A stretch of 64,000 nucleotides of DNA, taken from Spirochaetota bacterium (lineage in GTDB: Bacteria > Spirochaetota > UBA6919 > CBDBPB01). The position numbers were made by a program, and so were the translations under genes. This document shows positions 40,581 through 50,577 of this stretch, in pieces. Under the pieces are notes generated by a model. It was not told the DNA's origin. It saw nothing but the letters and a program-made list of their open reading frames with translations, and ran no database searches. Numbering within the stretch: the first letter of the stretch is position 1; each line of letters starts with the position of its first letter. Where the stretch lies: assembly GCA_965208615.1 (NCBI GenBank), contig CBDBPB010000002.1, positions 1 to 64,000 on the forward strand, given 5' to 3'.

Positions 40581-41614
40581 GTAAGAAATTAACATTTATC
40601 GATTTGTTTGCTGGTATTGGTGGTTTTAGATTAGGTTTTGAAAAAGCTGGGTATAAATGTGTCTTTTCTTCTGAAAATAATAAGTATTGTCAAGAAACGT
40701 ATTACAATAATTTTAATGAAATACCTTTTGGCGATATTCGTAATTTAAATTCCAGTGATATTCCTGATTTTGATATTCTTTGTGCTGGATTTCCTTGTCA
40801 ACCATTTAGTATTGCTGGAGAAAAAAAAGGATTTGAAGATACAAGGGGAACTTTATTTTTTGAAATTTGTAGAATAATTGATACTAAACAGCCTAAAACG
40901 GTAATATTGGAAAATGTAAAACATTTATATTATCATGATAATAAAAGAACTTTTAAAACAATGTTAAGAATATTAAATGAACTGAATTATAAAGTTAGTT
41001 ACAATATTCTTAATGCTAAAGATTTTGGTGTTCCTCAAAATAGAGAAAGATTGTTTATAATAGCTCAAAAAGATAGTTATTTTGATTTTAACCTTTTACA
41101 AACAAAGAATTCGCTAGTATTGAAAGATTTTTTAGATGTGGATTGTTTCAGTGATTTTTTAAGTGAAGATGAGTATACTTTAATTGATGTACCTGTTAAA
41201 CAAAAATCAGGACTCATTTTTATGGGGTATAGAAATAAAAAGATAAGGCAAATAGGAGTTAGACCTAATACAGAGCATTTATCAAGAGTTCACAAACAAC
41301 CAAATAGAATTTATTCGATAGAAGGAACCCATCCTACTATACCTTCTCAAGAACCTTCAGGAAGATTTTTTATATATTTGCCTAAAATAAACAAAGTTAG
41401 AAGAATGACATTGGATGAATGTTATCATATCATGGGATTTCCAAAAACATTTAAAAAACATCCAATATTGACTGAATGTTATAAACAAATTGGGAATTCA
41501 GTTTGCGTTCCACTGATAGAAGAAATTGCCCTTTCATTAAAGGGAGTAAATTGTAATACAAATGAATCACAAAGAAAAGTTAATGGAAATTTACAACCGC
41601 TCATTTTTAATTGA
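40577..41614 (+). CDS. DNA (cytosine-5)-methyltransferase
   Basis: FIDLFAGIGG, AGFPCQPFS, DTRGTLF, LENV, PQNRER, YKQIGNSV. Confidence 0.97.
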   Translation: MSKKLTFIDLFAGIGGFRLGFEKAGYKCVFSSENNKYCQETYYNNFNEIPFGDIRNLNSSDIPDFDILCAGFPCQPFSIAGEKKGFEDTRGTLFFEICRIIDTKQPKTVILENVKHLYYHDNKRTFKTMLRILNELNYKVSYNILNAKDFGVPQNRERLFIIAQKDSYFDFNLLQTKNSLVLKDFLDVDCFSDFLSEDEYTLIDVPVKQKSGLIFMGYRNKKIRQIGVRPNTEHLSRVHKQPNRIYSIEGTHPTIPSQEPSGRFFIYLPKINKVRRMTLDECYHIMGFPKTFKKHPILTECYKQIGNSVCVPLIEEIALSLKGVNCNTNESQRKVNGNLQPLIFN

Positions 41615-42662
41615 GGATATTGTTGATGTACCTAAAAAATATATAGAATATGTAAAAATTATTGCTAATAAATCATATAATCAAAAAGGTGTATTTACAG
41701 TATTGCTGACTCTTTTAATCCATAAATTGATCGATTCTAAACAAGATATAAGGTTTCATCAAAGTAATCTGAAAAATGGTTTTTCAGGTAGAAGCATAGA
41801 CACTAAATATATTACTCCTACATTAAAAGCATTAAAATTGCCTTCTATGGCAGAAAGCGGTTGGCTCACAAGATCGTTAGAACAACCTTATCCTTATAAC
41901 TTAAGTTACAATGGCAAAATTAGTAATATACAAGTAAAGGAAGCTTCTCTTAATATAATTGATTTTGTTCAAACTAAAAAAGGTGATAGTTATGAAATAA
42001 CTCGACTTCTATTCTATTATGTTTTGAAGAAAAAGAAAGAGTTTGAAATTATAATAAATCCCTTAAAAGATTCTGATAAATTAACAATTAGCGATATAGT
42101 AAATTGCCTTACTGAATTTTTTACATATAACTATGGTGTTTTTGGAGCTTCAAAACTTCCTGTACTTTCTTTTTACTCAATTTTTCAGATATTAGTAGAT
42201 GAACTTTTTAGATATAAGAATTGTCAATTAAAAGAATTGGGCAGTCATACAGCGTCTGATAAAACATCTCAATCATGTGGAGATATTGAAATAAATAAAA
42301 AGAAGAAATTATTTGAAGCAATAGAAATAAAGTTGAATAAACCTATTGATATGATAATGGTGAGAATTGCCATAGAAAAAGTAATTAAGTTTAATCCAAA
42401 AAGGTATTATATATTCTCATTGTTAGATGTTAAAAAAGATGAAAAAGAAGAAATTGAAAAGTCTATTTATGCTTTTAAGCTTAAACACGGCTGTCAGATA
42501 ATACTTAACGGCACTATACCTACTCTTAAATATTATTTACGTTTAATAAGCTCTTTAAAACTATTCATAGAAATTTTTTCAAAGAAAATTGAAACTGATT
42601 TGGAAATTAAAAAAGAACATAAAGAAAAATGGAATATTTTAGTTAGCAAATATTTTTCATAG
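41562..42662 (+). CDS. Putative type II restriction endonuclease
   Basis: Overlaps the C5-MTase; GDIEI...FEAIEIK resembles a PD-(D/E)XK site; specificity unknown. Confidence 0.72.
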   Translation: MNHKEKLMEIYNRSFLIEDIVDVPKKYIEYVKIIANKSYNQKGVFTVLLTLLIHKLIDSKQDIRFHQSNLKNGFSGRSIDTKYITPTLKALKLPSMAESGWLTRSLEQPYPYNLSYNGKISNIQVKEASLNIIDFVQTKKGDSYEITRLLFYYVLKKKKEFEIIINPLKDSDKLTISDIVNCLTEFFTYNYGVFGASKLPVLSFYSIFQILVDELFRYKNCQLKELGSHTASDKTSQSCGDIEINKKKKLFEAIEIKLNKPIDMIMVRIAIEKVIKFNPKRYYIFSLLDVKKDEKEEIEKSIYAFKLKHGCQIILNGTIPTLKYYLRLISSLKLFIEIFSKKIETDLEIKKEHKEKWNILVSKYFS

Positions 42663-42691
42663 GATTTTATGCACTTTAGGGTATTAATCCG

Positions 42692-42838
42692 AAATTATTT
42701 ATTAGTTTTCAAGTTATTGTATAAAGAATGCCGACCAGATTAGATAATAAGCATAACGGGTATTTATTATGATAAAAAAAGTTTTATTGTTTAATCTGTT
42801 GATTATGGTATTTTTATTTGTACAACTTGATGTATACG
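42692..42838 (+). repeat. 147-bp direct repeat copy 2
   Basis: Matches 39889-40035; contains the real start of the vWA gene. Confidence 0.92.
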
Positions 42839-44754
42839 CAAAAAAGACTTTACTATTACCGATAAAAACGAGTTTAGGCCTTTCTAACAGCGATAATCTT
42901 ATTAACCAAAAAGGTATTAGTCAGCTTATAATATCTCATTTATCCCTTTATGGAGTGGATATACTTAGTTATAAACAATCCAAGATCATTGGGGATATGC
43001 TAATAAAAAAAAAGATTAGATATTCCAACCTTAAAAACTATGCTAGATATATTATATCTGGCGAACTCATAAAGTATTTGGAGTATTATGAGCTAAATTT
43101 AGCGGTCTATGATTTTAGTAAAGAAAAGGTTATATTCGAAAAGCATAATAAACTTTTTGTTCCAAATATCAAAGAAGATAACCCGCTTTTCCACCTGCAA
43201 AAAGATAGATTAGTCCTACTACTAAAAAGTATTAATGCGAATAAACTGAATAAAAAAAAGTATTACCTGCTAAAAAGTTATATTAAAAAACTTTCCCAGC
43301 CTAATAGGCTATCTGCTAAGCTAAACAAAAATATTGTAATATATCTTAGGTCTTTGTTAAGGTCGAACATTAAAAAGAATAGCAAGAATAAGATTACTGC
43401 CTACATTAACAGCAGTAAAAATCTGCTTATGACAAATTCTGATGTGTTAAACCTTAGCAATCCCCTTATAGATATGTTAATACCCTCTATTAAAATTAAA
43501 ACTAGATCCAAAAGCTGGAAAAGACAAGTTGATATTATGTTTGTAATTGACTTTACTAAAAGTCTTTATGATGAGGTAAAATATCTCAAAAAATCTCTGA
43601 GAGATATTTTAAACAATATTCACAATATAAGACCGGATATAAAACTGAGAATAGGAATAACTACATATAAAGAACTATATAGTAAGCATAAAATAAAGAT
43701 GCTACCCTTAACCGGTGATATAAAAGTCGTAGAAAACTATTTGGATTTTATTTTAAAACAAGGTTCAGAAGTCCAAACTAACGGCATTAGATATGGACTT
43801 TTTTATACTTTAAGTAATGCAAATTGGTTACCATACAAAGATCAGCTAAAAATGGTCTTTGTATTAACAGATAAAACAATTAAGGAAAACCTAGAACAAA
43901 GTATAAAATCTACAATATCCAAATATAGCTTTACTGAGTCTATTAAATTAGCTAATTCCAAAAATATAAAGGTATATACCATTGGATGTAGTGGTATTGA
44001 TAAAAATAGTCAGACTGCATTAACTCGTATATCTAGGTTAACTAAGGGGGATTACTTTAATCTTGAATACTACTTTTCTGCTTATTTGTTAACTTTTCAA
44101 AAAGTTAATTTTATATATAAGGATAAAGAGCTTTTTAAGCCCATAGGCGATATATCTAGTTTGCAGTATCCCGAGCTTATTACTAAAAACACTATTAGCA
44201 AATTTGAAAATATTAGTCTCGGTGATATGGTATACAAAGCAGAGGATACTAAAAATTATTTACTAAAGGAGAAGTATCCAATAAAAGAATCAAGCTTTAA
44301 TAGAGAAAAAGTTAATAACAATTTAATTAATATTGTAATAAAAAAAATAAAAGATAATATTCCTCCCTCACCACCCTATCAGCACTTTACTTTTGTAAGT
44401 GAAAATTATTATTTGCCCGTAAAAATAAGCGGCCTGACCAAAGAAGACTTGAAACTATTAAAATCATGGTCTAAAAATAATAAGGATGTTTATATAGCGG
44501 TTAATGTAGTCCCTACTGCTTTGAGTCAGACTAACTATTTGGAGAATAATCACTTTACAACTAAAACCATTTCTTTTAATATTAATCCATATATAATTAA
44601 AATATTTAGTCCTGATAAAACCAGTATGATACCTAATTTTTTAGTGAAAAAAATATCGGATATAAATAAAACTCCGTATGAATACACAAAAAAAGGTGTG
44701 TCTAAAAAAAAATACTGGTTTCTAAAAGGAAAGATGTTATTATTTACTAAATAA
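42769..44754 (+). CDS. Exported von Willebrand factor A domain protein
   Basis: Signal peptide; DIMFVIDFTKSL (MIDAS-like), RIGITTYKE, VFVLTD, KVYTIGC. Confidence 0.8.
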   Translation: MIKKVLLFNLLIMVFLFVQLDVYAKKTLLLPIKTSLGLSNSDNLINQKGISQLIISHLSLYGVDILSYKQSKIIGDMLIKKKIRYSNLKNYARYIISGELIKYLEYYELNLAVYDFSKEKVIFEKHNKLFVPNIKEDNPLFHLQKDRLVLLLKSINANKLNKKKYYLLKSYIKKLSQPNRLSAKLNKNIVIYLRSLLRSNIKKNSKNKITAYINSSKNLLMTNSDVLNLSNPLIDMLIPSIKIKTRSKSWKRQVDIMFVIDFTKSLYDEVKYLKKSLRDILNNIHNIRPDIKLRIGITTYKELYSKHKIKMLPLTGDIKVVENYLDFILKQGSEVQTNGIRYGLFYTLSNANWLPYKDQLKMVFVLTDKTIKENLEQSIKSTISKYSFTESIKLANSKNIKVYTIGCSGIDKNSQTALTRISRLTKGDYFNLEYYFSAYLLTFQKVNFIYKDKELFKPIGDISSLQYPELITKNTISKFENISLGDMVYKAEDTKNYLLKEKYPIKESSFNREKVNNNLINIVIKKIKDNIPPSPPYQHFTFVSENYYLPVKISGLTKEDLKLLKSWSKNNKDVYIAVNVVPTALSQTNYLENNHFTTKTISFNINPYIIKIFSPDKTSMIPNFLVKKISDINKTPYEYTKKGVSKKKYWFLKGKMLLFTK

Positions 44755-44948
44755 AAATTATAATTTTACCTAAAAAAAATTAAGATTGTTATATATTATT
44801 ATATTATAGTAATTGTGTTATAATACACTTTGTTTAAGTTAAAGTGTTAGTATTTCAAATATGTTGTGATATAGAACAAAGTTTAGTTCTATTTTTTTAG
44901 ATGTAGCTTTAAATAGTCAGGGCTATCTGCTATAATGCAAATGGATCA

Positions 44949-44977
44949 TTGACAAAAAAAATATAATATATTATTCT
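44949..44977 (+). promoter_or_regulatory. Putative sigma70 promoter of ino1
   Basis: TTGACA-17 nt-TATTCT. Confidence 0.55.
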
Positions 44978-45058
44978 TTAGTTAAATAAAGTATAGAATA
45001 AATAATAAAACTTATTATTTAGCTTTTTATCAATATGGGTTAGTATTTTGGAGGATTC

Positions 45059-46207
45059 ATGGCTAAAATTAGAGTTGGACTAGTAGGAGTAGGAAATTGT
45101 GCTTCATCATTGGTGCAAGGCACTTTTTACTATGCAGATCCAAGTGTAGAGATACCTGGTTTAATTACTAAGAATCTTGGTGGTTATTATGCTAGCGATA
45201 TACAATTTGTTTCTGCCTTTGATATTGACTTTCGTAAAGTTGATAAAGATTTAAGTAAAGCTATTTTTGAAAAACCAAACTGTACAAAAGTTTTTAATCC
45301 AAATATACCTAACTTAAGTTGTACTGTTAAAATGGGATATAGATTAGATGGAGTAGCTGATCATCTTACTAAATATCCAGAGGAACATAGAATAAGTCCA
45401 AAAAAAGATATTTATTTTTCTTATAGCGAAGCTAAAAGTGAAATTGTTAAAATATTAAAAGAAACTAATACAGAAATTTTAGTAAACTATTTACCCGTTG
45501 GAAGCGAAAAAGCCGCTCGCTTTTATGCCGAATGTTGTTTAGGCGCTAATATAGCTCTTATTAATGCAATGCCTGTTTTCATATCCCAAATATATGGAGA
45601 CCGATTTAAAGAAGCTGGACTCCCTATTCTTGGAGATGATATTAAATCGCAGGTTGGTGCTACTATTATACACAGAGTACTGGCTAAGCTTTTTGAGGAT
45701 AGAGGAGAGAAAATTAGAAATACATATCAACTTAATGTTGGCGGTAATATGGATTTTCTCAATATGATGGATAGCTCCAGACTAGAAAGTAAAAAAACAA
45801 GTAAAACTAAAGCTGTTACTAGTCAAATAGAAACCGGTATAAGAGATAAAAATGTTTATGTTGGTCCTAGTGATTATGTTCCATGGCTTGATGACAATAA
45901 AATTTGCTTTATAAGAATAGAGGCTGAGCAATATGGTGGTGTACCTATGAATCTTGAGTTAAGGTTATCTGTAGAGGACTCTCCTAATTCTGCTGGTGTT
46001 ATTACTGATGCTATTAGGGCCGCTAAAGTTGCCTTAGAGCGTAATCTTTCTGGTCCTATTATCGAAGCTAGTGCATATTTATTCAAGTCTCCTATTAGGC
46101 AGTTTGACGACTCAACTGCACGTGATATGCTAAAAGATTTTGCTAAGGTTTCGCATAGTGAATCTAAGCCTTATTTAATTAATACTTCAAAGGGTAGTTC
46201 TGCATAA
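45059..46207 (+). CDS. ino1: myo-Inositol-1-phosphate synthase
   Basis: VGVGNCASSLVQG, NYLPVGSE, GDDIKSQVGAT, QLNVGGNMDFLNM, DSPNSAG. Confidence 0.96.
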   Translation: MAKIRVGLVGVGNCASSLVQGTFYYADPSVEIPGLITKNLGGYYASDIQFVSAFDIDFRKVDKDLSKAIFEKPNCTKVFNPNIPNLSCTVKMGYRLDGVADHLTKYPEEHRISPKKDIYFSYSEAKSEIVKILKETNTEILVNYLPVGSEKAARFYAECCLGANIALINAMPVFISQIYGDRFKEAGLPILGDDIKSQVGATIIHRVLAKLFEDRGEKIRNTYQLNVGGNMDFLNMMDSSRLESKKTSKTKAVTSQIETGIRDKNVYVGPSDYVPWLDDNKICFIRIEAEQYGGVPMNLELRLSVEDSPNSAGVITDAIRAAKVALERNLSGPIIEASAYLFKSPIRQFDDSTARDMLKDFAKVSHSESKPYLINTSKGSSA

Positions 46208-46431
46208 AATAATATATATTCTCTAAAGGGGATTTTTATTAAGCCTTTGGAGACTAATATATCCTTATTTTTCATCACACAAATTAATACTTTAATCATA
46301 TATTTTAATATAATTTTTATTATTTAGCTATTTTTTTATGTTAATAAAAAACATTTGACTCTATATTTTTTTAACTTATTTTTATGAGGAAAATAAGCAA
46401 GAATGAATTAAAAGTTATTTAAGAGTGTATT

Positions 46432-47367
46432 ATGAAAAAACGAATTATGGTTGCTGGTGGAGCTGGATTCCTTGGTTCTCATCTTTGTGAAAGACTTTTA
46501 AACAATGGTAATGAAGTTTTATGTGTTGATAACTTTTTTACTGGTAACAAAAGTAATATTGCTCATCTTTTATCAAATGCATACTATGAAGTGATTCGTC
46601 ATGATGTTAACTTTCCTCTTTTTGTTGAGGTGGATGAGATTTATAATCTTGCATGTCCAGCATCTCCGATTCACTATCAGCTTGATCCAGTGCAAACAAC
46701 AAAGACCTCTGTGCATGGATCAATAAATATGTTAGGGTTAGCTAAACGAGTTAAGGCTAAGATTCTTTTAGCGTCAACATCTGAGATATATGGTAATCCT
46801 ATTGTTCATCCTCAAAAGGAGAGCTATTGGGGCAATGTAAACCCCATAGGCCCAAGATCATGTTATGATGAGGGTAAGAGGTGCGCTGAGACTCTATTTT
46901 TTGATTACTATAGGCAACATAAACTAAAAATTAAAGTAGCTCGTATTTTTAATACTTATGGCTCCCATATGCATCCTGATGATGGTCGTGTAGTTAGTAA
47001 CTTTATTATACAAGCACTAAAAAATAATGACATTACAATATATGGCGATGGCAAGCAGACAAGGAGCTTTTGTCATGTGGATGATATGATAGATGCCTTA
47101 ACAAGCCTAATGAGTAGTTCTGATCAGTTTATAGGTCCTGTTAATTTAGGGAATCCTACAGAAATTACTATTTTAGAGTTAGCCCAAAAGGTAATAGAGC
47201 TTATCAATTCTAAATCAAAAATTATACACTTACCCCTACCTCAAGATGATCCAGTAAAGAGAAAGCCTGATATATCCCTAGCTAAAAAAGAACTTAAATG
47301 GCAACCAAAAGTCAATTTAGAAGAGGGGTTAATAAAAACAATCGAGTACTTTGAAAAGATAGTATAG
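46432..47367 (+). CDS. UDP-glucuronate decarboxylase (UDP-xylose synthase)
   Basis: [49 protein letters not shown]. Confidence 0.93.
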   Translation: MKKRIMVAGGAGFLGSHLCERLLNNGNEVLCVDNFFTGNKSNIAHLLSNAYYEVIRHDVNFPLFVEVDEIYNLACPASPIHYQLDPVQTTKTSVHGSINMLGLAKRVKAKILLASTSEIYGNPIVHPQKESYWGNVNPIGPRSCYDEGKRCAETLFFDYYRQHKLKIKVARIFNTYGSHMHPDDGRVVSNFIIQALKNNDITIYGDGKQTRSFCHVDDMIDALTSLMSSSDQFIGPVNLGNPTEITILELAQKVIELINSKSKIIHLPLPQDDPVKRKPDISLAKKELKWQPKVNLEEGLIKTIEYFEKIV

Positions 47368-47377
47368 GATATTTATA

Positions 47378-48079
47378 GTGAATAATAAGCTACTTTCTGT
47401 TATTATCCCTGTGTATAACGAAAAAGATACAATTAATAAACTTGTTGATAGGGTATTGGCTGTAAACACAATAGATAAAGAAATTATAATAATTGATGAC
47501 TATTCCACTGATGGAACAAGGGATGTCTTAGACAAAGAAATAAAAGCAAAAGTATCAAAGGTAATTTATCAGCCCAAAAATATGGGAAAAGGTGCTGCCC
47601 TTAAAGTTGGTATACAACAAGCAACTGGTGATTTTCTAATTATACAAGATGCTGACTTAGAGTATAATCCACAAGAATATCCTATTCTTTTAAAGCCTTT
47701 ATTAGAGAAAGAGGCTGATGTAGTTTATGGTTCAAGGTTTGTAACCGCTTATGAAAGAAGGGTGGTTTATTTTTGGCACTATGTTGGCAATCAATTTCTT
47801 ACTTTATTATCAAACATGTTTACCAACCTTAATTTGACCGATATGGAAACCTGCTATAAGGTATTTCGTAGTGATATAATAAAAAATATAACCATAAAAG
47901 AGAATGGCTTTGGTTTTGAACCAGAAATCACCGCTAAAATAAGCAAAATACCTAATATACATATATATGAGGTTGGTATTTCATATCATGGAAGAACTTA
48001 TAACGAAGGAAAGAAAATCAATTGGAAAGATGGCTTTCGTGCTATATGGTGTATTCTAAAGTATAATTTATTTGACTAA
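47378..48079 (+). CDS. GT2 polyprenyl-phosphate glycosyltransferase (DPM1-like)
   Basis: [55 protein letters not shown]. Confidence 0.92.
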   Translation: MNNKLLSVIIPVYNEKDTINKLVDRVLAVNTIDKEIIIIDDYSTDGTRDVLDKEIKAKVSKVIYQPKNMGKGAALKVGIQQATGDFLIIQDADLEYNPQEYPILLKPLLEKEADVVYGSRFVTAYERRVVYFWHYVGNQFLTLLSNMFTNLNLTDMETCYKVFRSDIIKNITIKENGFGFEPEITAKISKIPNIHIYEVGISYHGRTYNEGKKINWKDGFRAIWCILKYNLFD

Positions 48080-48087
48080 TTGGAGTA

Positions 48088-48699
48088 GTGATAGTGTCTA
48101 ATAATAACATAACAAGAGGATATGGTTTATTAGAGGGCTTTTTAGCTAAACAAAGGGCGAATATTGCTAATAAGCTAATAGATAATAGTTATAGAGCTGG
48201 TAAGATCTTAGATATAGGATGTGGTAGTTATCCTTATTTTCTTAATAATACTTTGTTTAGTTTTAAATTTGGTTTAGATAAATTAACTGACGAACACCAT
48301 AATAAGAATAGATATTCAAATATTAACTTTATCAACCATGATCTTGAGCATAATAACCAACTAACTTTGGAAAGTAACAACTTTGATGTAGTTACTATGC
48401 TTGCTGTTTTTGAGCATATTGAACCAGCAAAAATAGTAAGCTTATTAAATGAGATTAACCGTGTGTTAAAGGTAGGTGGTGTTTTTATTATAACTACTCC
48501 TAATATTTTGGCAGATAAACTTTTAAGGATAATGGCTAAACTACGCTTGGTTAGTCCTGTAGAGATTGAAGAACATAAAGATGCATATAACTTTTCTAAA
48601 ATAACCTATCTTTTTGAAAAGAGCAACTTTAACGTAAATAATCTTAAGTTGGGTTATTTTAAAATGTTTTTAAATATTTGGTGCAGTATTAAAAAGTAG
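48088..48699 (+). CDS. Class I SAM-dependent methyltransferase
   Basis: ILDIGCG, FDVVTMLAVFEH, RVLKVGG.FIITTP. Confidence 0.88.
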   Translation: MIVSNNNITRGYGLLEGFLAKQRANIANKLIDNSYRAGKILDIGCGSYPYFLNNTLFSFKFGLDKLTDEHHNKNRYSNINFINHDLEHNNQLTLESNNFDVVTMLAVFEHIEPAKIVSLLNEINRVLKVGGVFIITTPNILADKLLRIMAKLRLVSPVEIEEHKDAYNFSKITYLFEKSNFNVNNLKLGYFKMFLNIWCSIKK

Positions 48700-48788
48700 A
48701 TTTATGTATTATAAATAACTTCTTAATGCAATTAATCCTGATAAATTATAGCTAAAAACTGTGATAAATAGAAATTCTAGGTTATAAA

Positions 48789-50486
48789 ATGTTAATCATA
48801 TTAATTGTTTGGATTTATGCTACGTTCTTACTCTGGTCATTTGGACTGGCTTATCAGAGGATAATCGAAAAGGTATTCTCAGAGCAAAAAGATATATCAC
48901 CATATTTAACCCTGTGGAATGGTATTTTATTTATTACTGTTATATTGTCGGTAATATCTATTTTCTCTAAGATAACTTATGAGTTGTCTTTTGTTTTTTT
49001 GTTGTGTTCTATACTATATATTATATTTGATTTTAGTTATGTTAAAGATAAGTTTAAAAGCATTATACAAAGGTTAAAAGGTATTTCACCTTTTGTTTAT
49101 GTAGTTTTTTTAGTATTTATTATTATTACTTTACACCAAAGTCTACCATCCTTGCTTCAAGGTGATGCTGTTGGATATCATCAGCCAGCGGTTAAGTGGA
49201 TAAATAATTATTCAGTGGTACCTGGGTTAGGTAATTTGCATAATAGACTAGCTTATAACCCCCATTGGTTTTTGTTTTCTGCACTACTTAATTATAACGA
49301 TTATAATTTTCATTTTATAAGTGGATTAATTATGCTATTTGCCATATTTTGGGGGTTAACTGGACTAAATAAGCTATTTCAAAAAAGATTTAATATTACA
49401 AATATAATTAAAGCATTATCACTGCTTCCTATGCTTCTTCTTTTTAGTAATCCTAATGTAAACCACGCTTTCAGTACAGATTTAGCAACTTTTTTTATTG
49501 TCTATTTTATATTATATTATGCAGTTAAATTATTAGTAGAGAAGAAAAAGGATAATAAAGTTTTAATATTTATGCTTGTTAACTTTTCTTTTTTTGTATT
49601 AACAATTAAGCTATCTAGTTTATTTATAGTTATTGCCCCATTGTACTTTTTATATCTTTTTTTAAAGAGGTCTGATATAAAGCTTAAGTCTATTTCTTTT
49701 GTAGCAGTAAGTTTTATTATAATTATAATGCCTTTTTTAATAAGAAATATTATTTTATCAGGATATTTAGTTTTTCCTTTCCCAATGTTAGACTTCTTTA
49801 ATTTTGACTGGAAGATGCCTTATAATGCAGTGGTTGACTTAAAGAATTTTATAGGGCTTTGGGCCAAATGGCAAGGTGGAGGCTATTTGGAAGTAGCTAA
49901 TAATGATTTTTGGTTTTGGTTTATACCATGGATAAAAGTAAACTGGAAAACTCGAGAATTACTTTTATTAGTTATAAGTATTATAACTTATGTTTTTTAT
50001 TTCTTTTTTCACTATAACAGGGCAATAAGCCATTTAAAAAAGTTTAGTATTATTTATTTGACTTTGTTAGTTAATATTAGTGTATGGTTTATTACTGCAC
50101 CTGCTATTAGATTTGCTAGTGGTTATATATTCTTTTTTAGTATATTTTTAATAGCTTTACAAGAGTGGGACTTTATAATTAAAATTAGAGAAAATGTTAA
50201 TACAATACGACTGGCAAAAGTATTATTAATATTAGCACTTTGCGTTTTGTTTTTTCGTATGGATTTTACTAAATTTATAAACATTAAAGACTGGATAACC
50301 TTATCCTCTTATCCAGAGGCAGAGCTAACTACTAAAAAAACAATAGACAATACAATAATTTATGTGCCAGTAAAAGATGAAATCTGTTACAACTCCCCCT
50401 TAACTTGTACGGCATATTTTAATCCTAACTTAGAGATGCGTGGTAAAAGCCTACAAGATGGGTTTAGGATAGCGGATAATAAATAG
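48789..50486 (+). CDS. Polytopic membrane protein, LIC_10190-like, probable GT-C fold (copy 1)
   Basis: Many TM segments; D..YH and PGLGNL loop, STD, TIKLS, RNIILSGYLVFP, WFITAP..RF, C-terminal Cys pair, LEMRG..LQDGFR. Confidence 0.75.
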   Translation: MLIILIVWIYATFLLWSFGLAYQRIIEKVFSEQKDISPYLTLWNGILFITVILSVISIFSKITYELSFVFLLCSILYIIFDFSYVKDKFKSIIQRLKGISPFVYVVFLVFIIITLHQSLPSLLQGDAVGYHQPAVKWINNYSVVPGLGNLHNRLAYNPHWFLFSALLNYNDYNFHFISGLIMLFAIFWGLTGLNKLFQKRFNITNIIKALSLLPMLLLFSNPNVNHAFSTDLATFFIVYFILYYAVKLLVEKKKDNKVLIFMLVNFSFFVLTIKLSSLFIVIAPLYFLYLFLKRSDIKLKSISFVAVSFIIIIMPFLIRNIILSGYLVFPFPMLDFFNFDWKMPYNAVVDLKNFIGLWAKWQGGGYLEVANNDFWFWFIPWIKVNWKTRELLLLVISIITYVFYFFFHYNRAISHLKKFSIIYLTLLVNISVWFITAPAIRFASGYIFFFSIFLIALQEWDFIIKIRENVNTIRLAKVLLILALCVLFFRMDFTKFINIKDWITLSSYPEAELTTKKTIDNTIIYVPVKDEICYNSPLTCTAYFNPNLEMRGKSLQDGFRIADNK

Positions 50487-50577
50487 GCTAATCTTTATAT
50501 TGGGATAGTCCAATAACTGCCTGACCAAGGGATACTCCTCTATCTTAACCTAAATTAAACTTTATTGAGGAGTAAAA
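50487..50577. repeat. 91-bp intergenic unit containing a copy of the hypF 3' end
   Basis: 50488-50534 identical to 55921-55967; whole unit recurs at 52282 and 54125. Confidence 0.95.

Larger units (their letters stand above)
40030..42691 (+). mobile_element. Left-truncated IS1595-family element carrying a type II RM pair as passenger genes
   Basis: Transposase remnant overlaps the MTase start (ATGA); candidate right end ATGCACTTTAGGGTATTAATCCG directly after the REase stop and abutting the direct repeat. Confidence 0.7.

Noticed and set aside
46220-46253. Hairpin after ino1 as a terminator
   Set aside because: 14-nt loop and no U-tract; support is weak.
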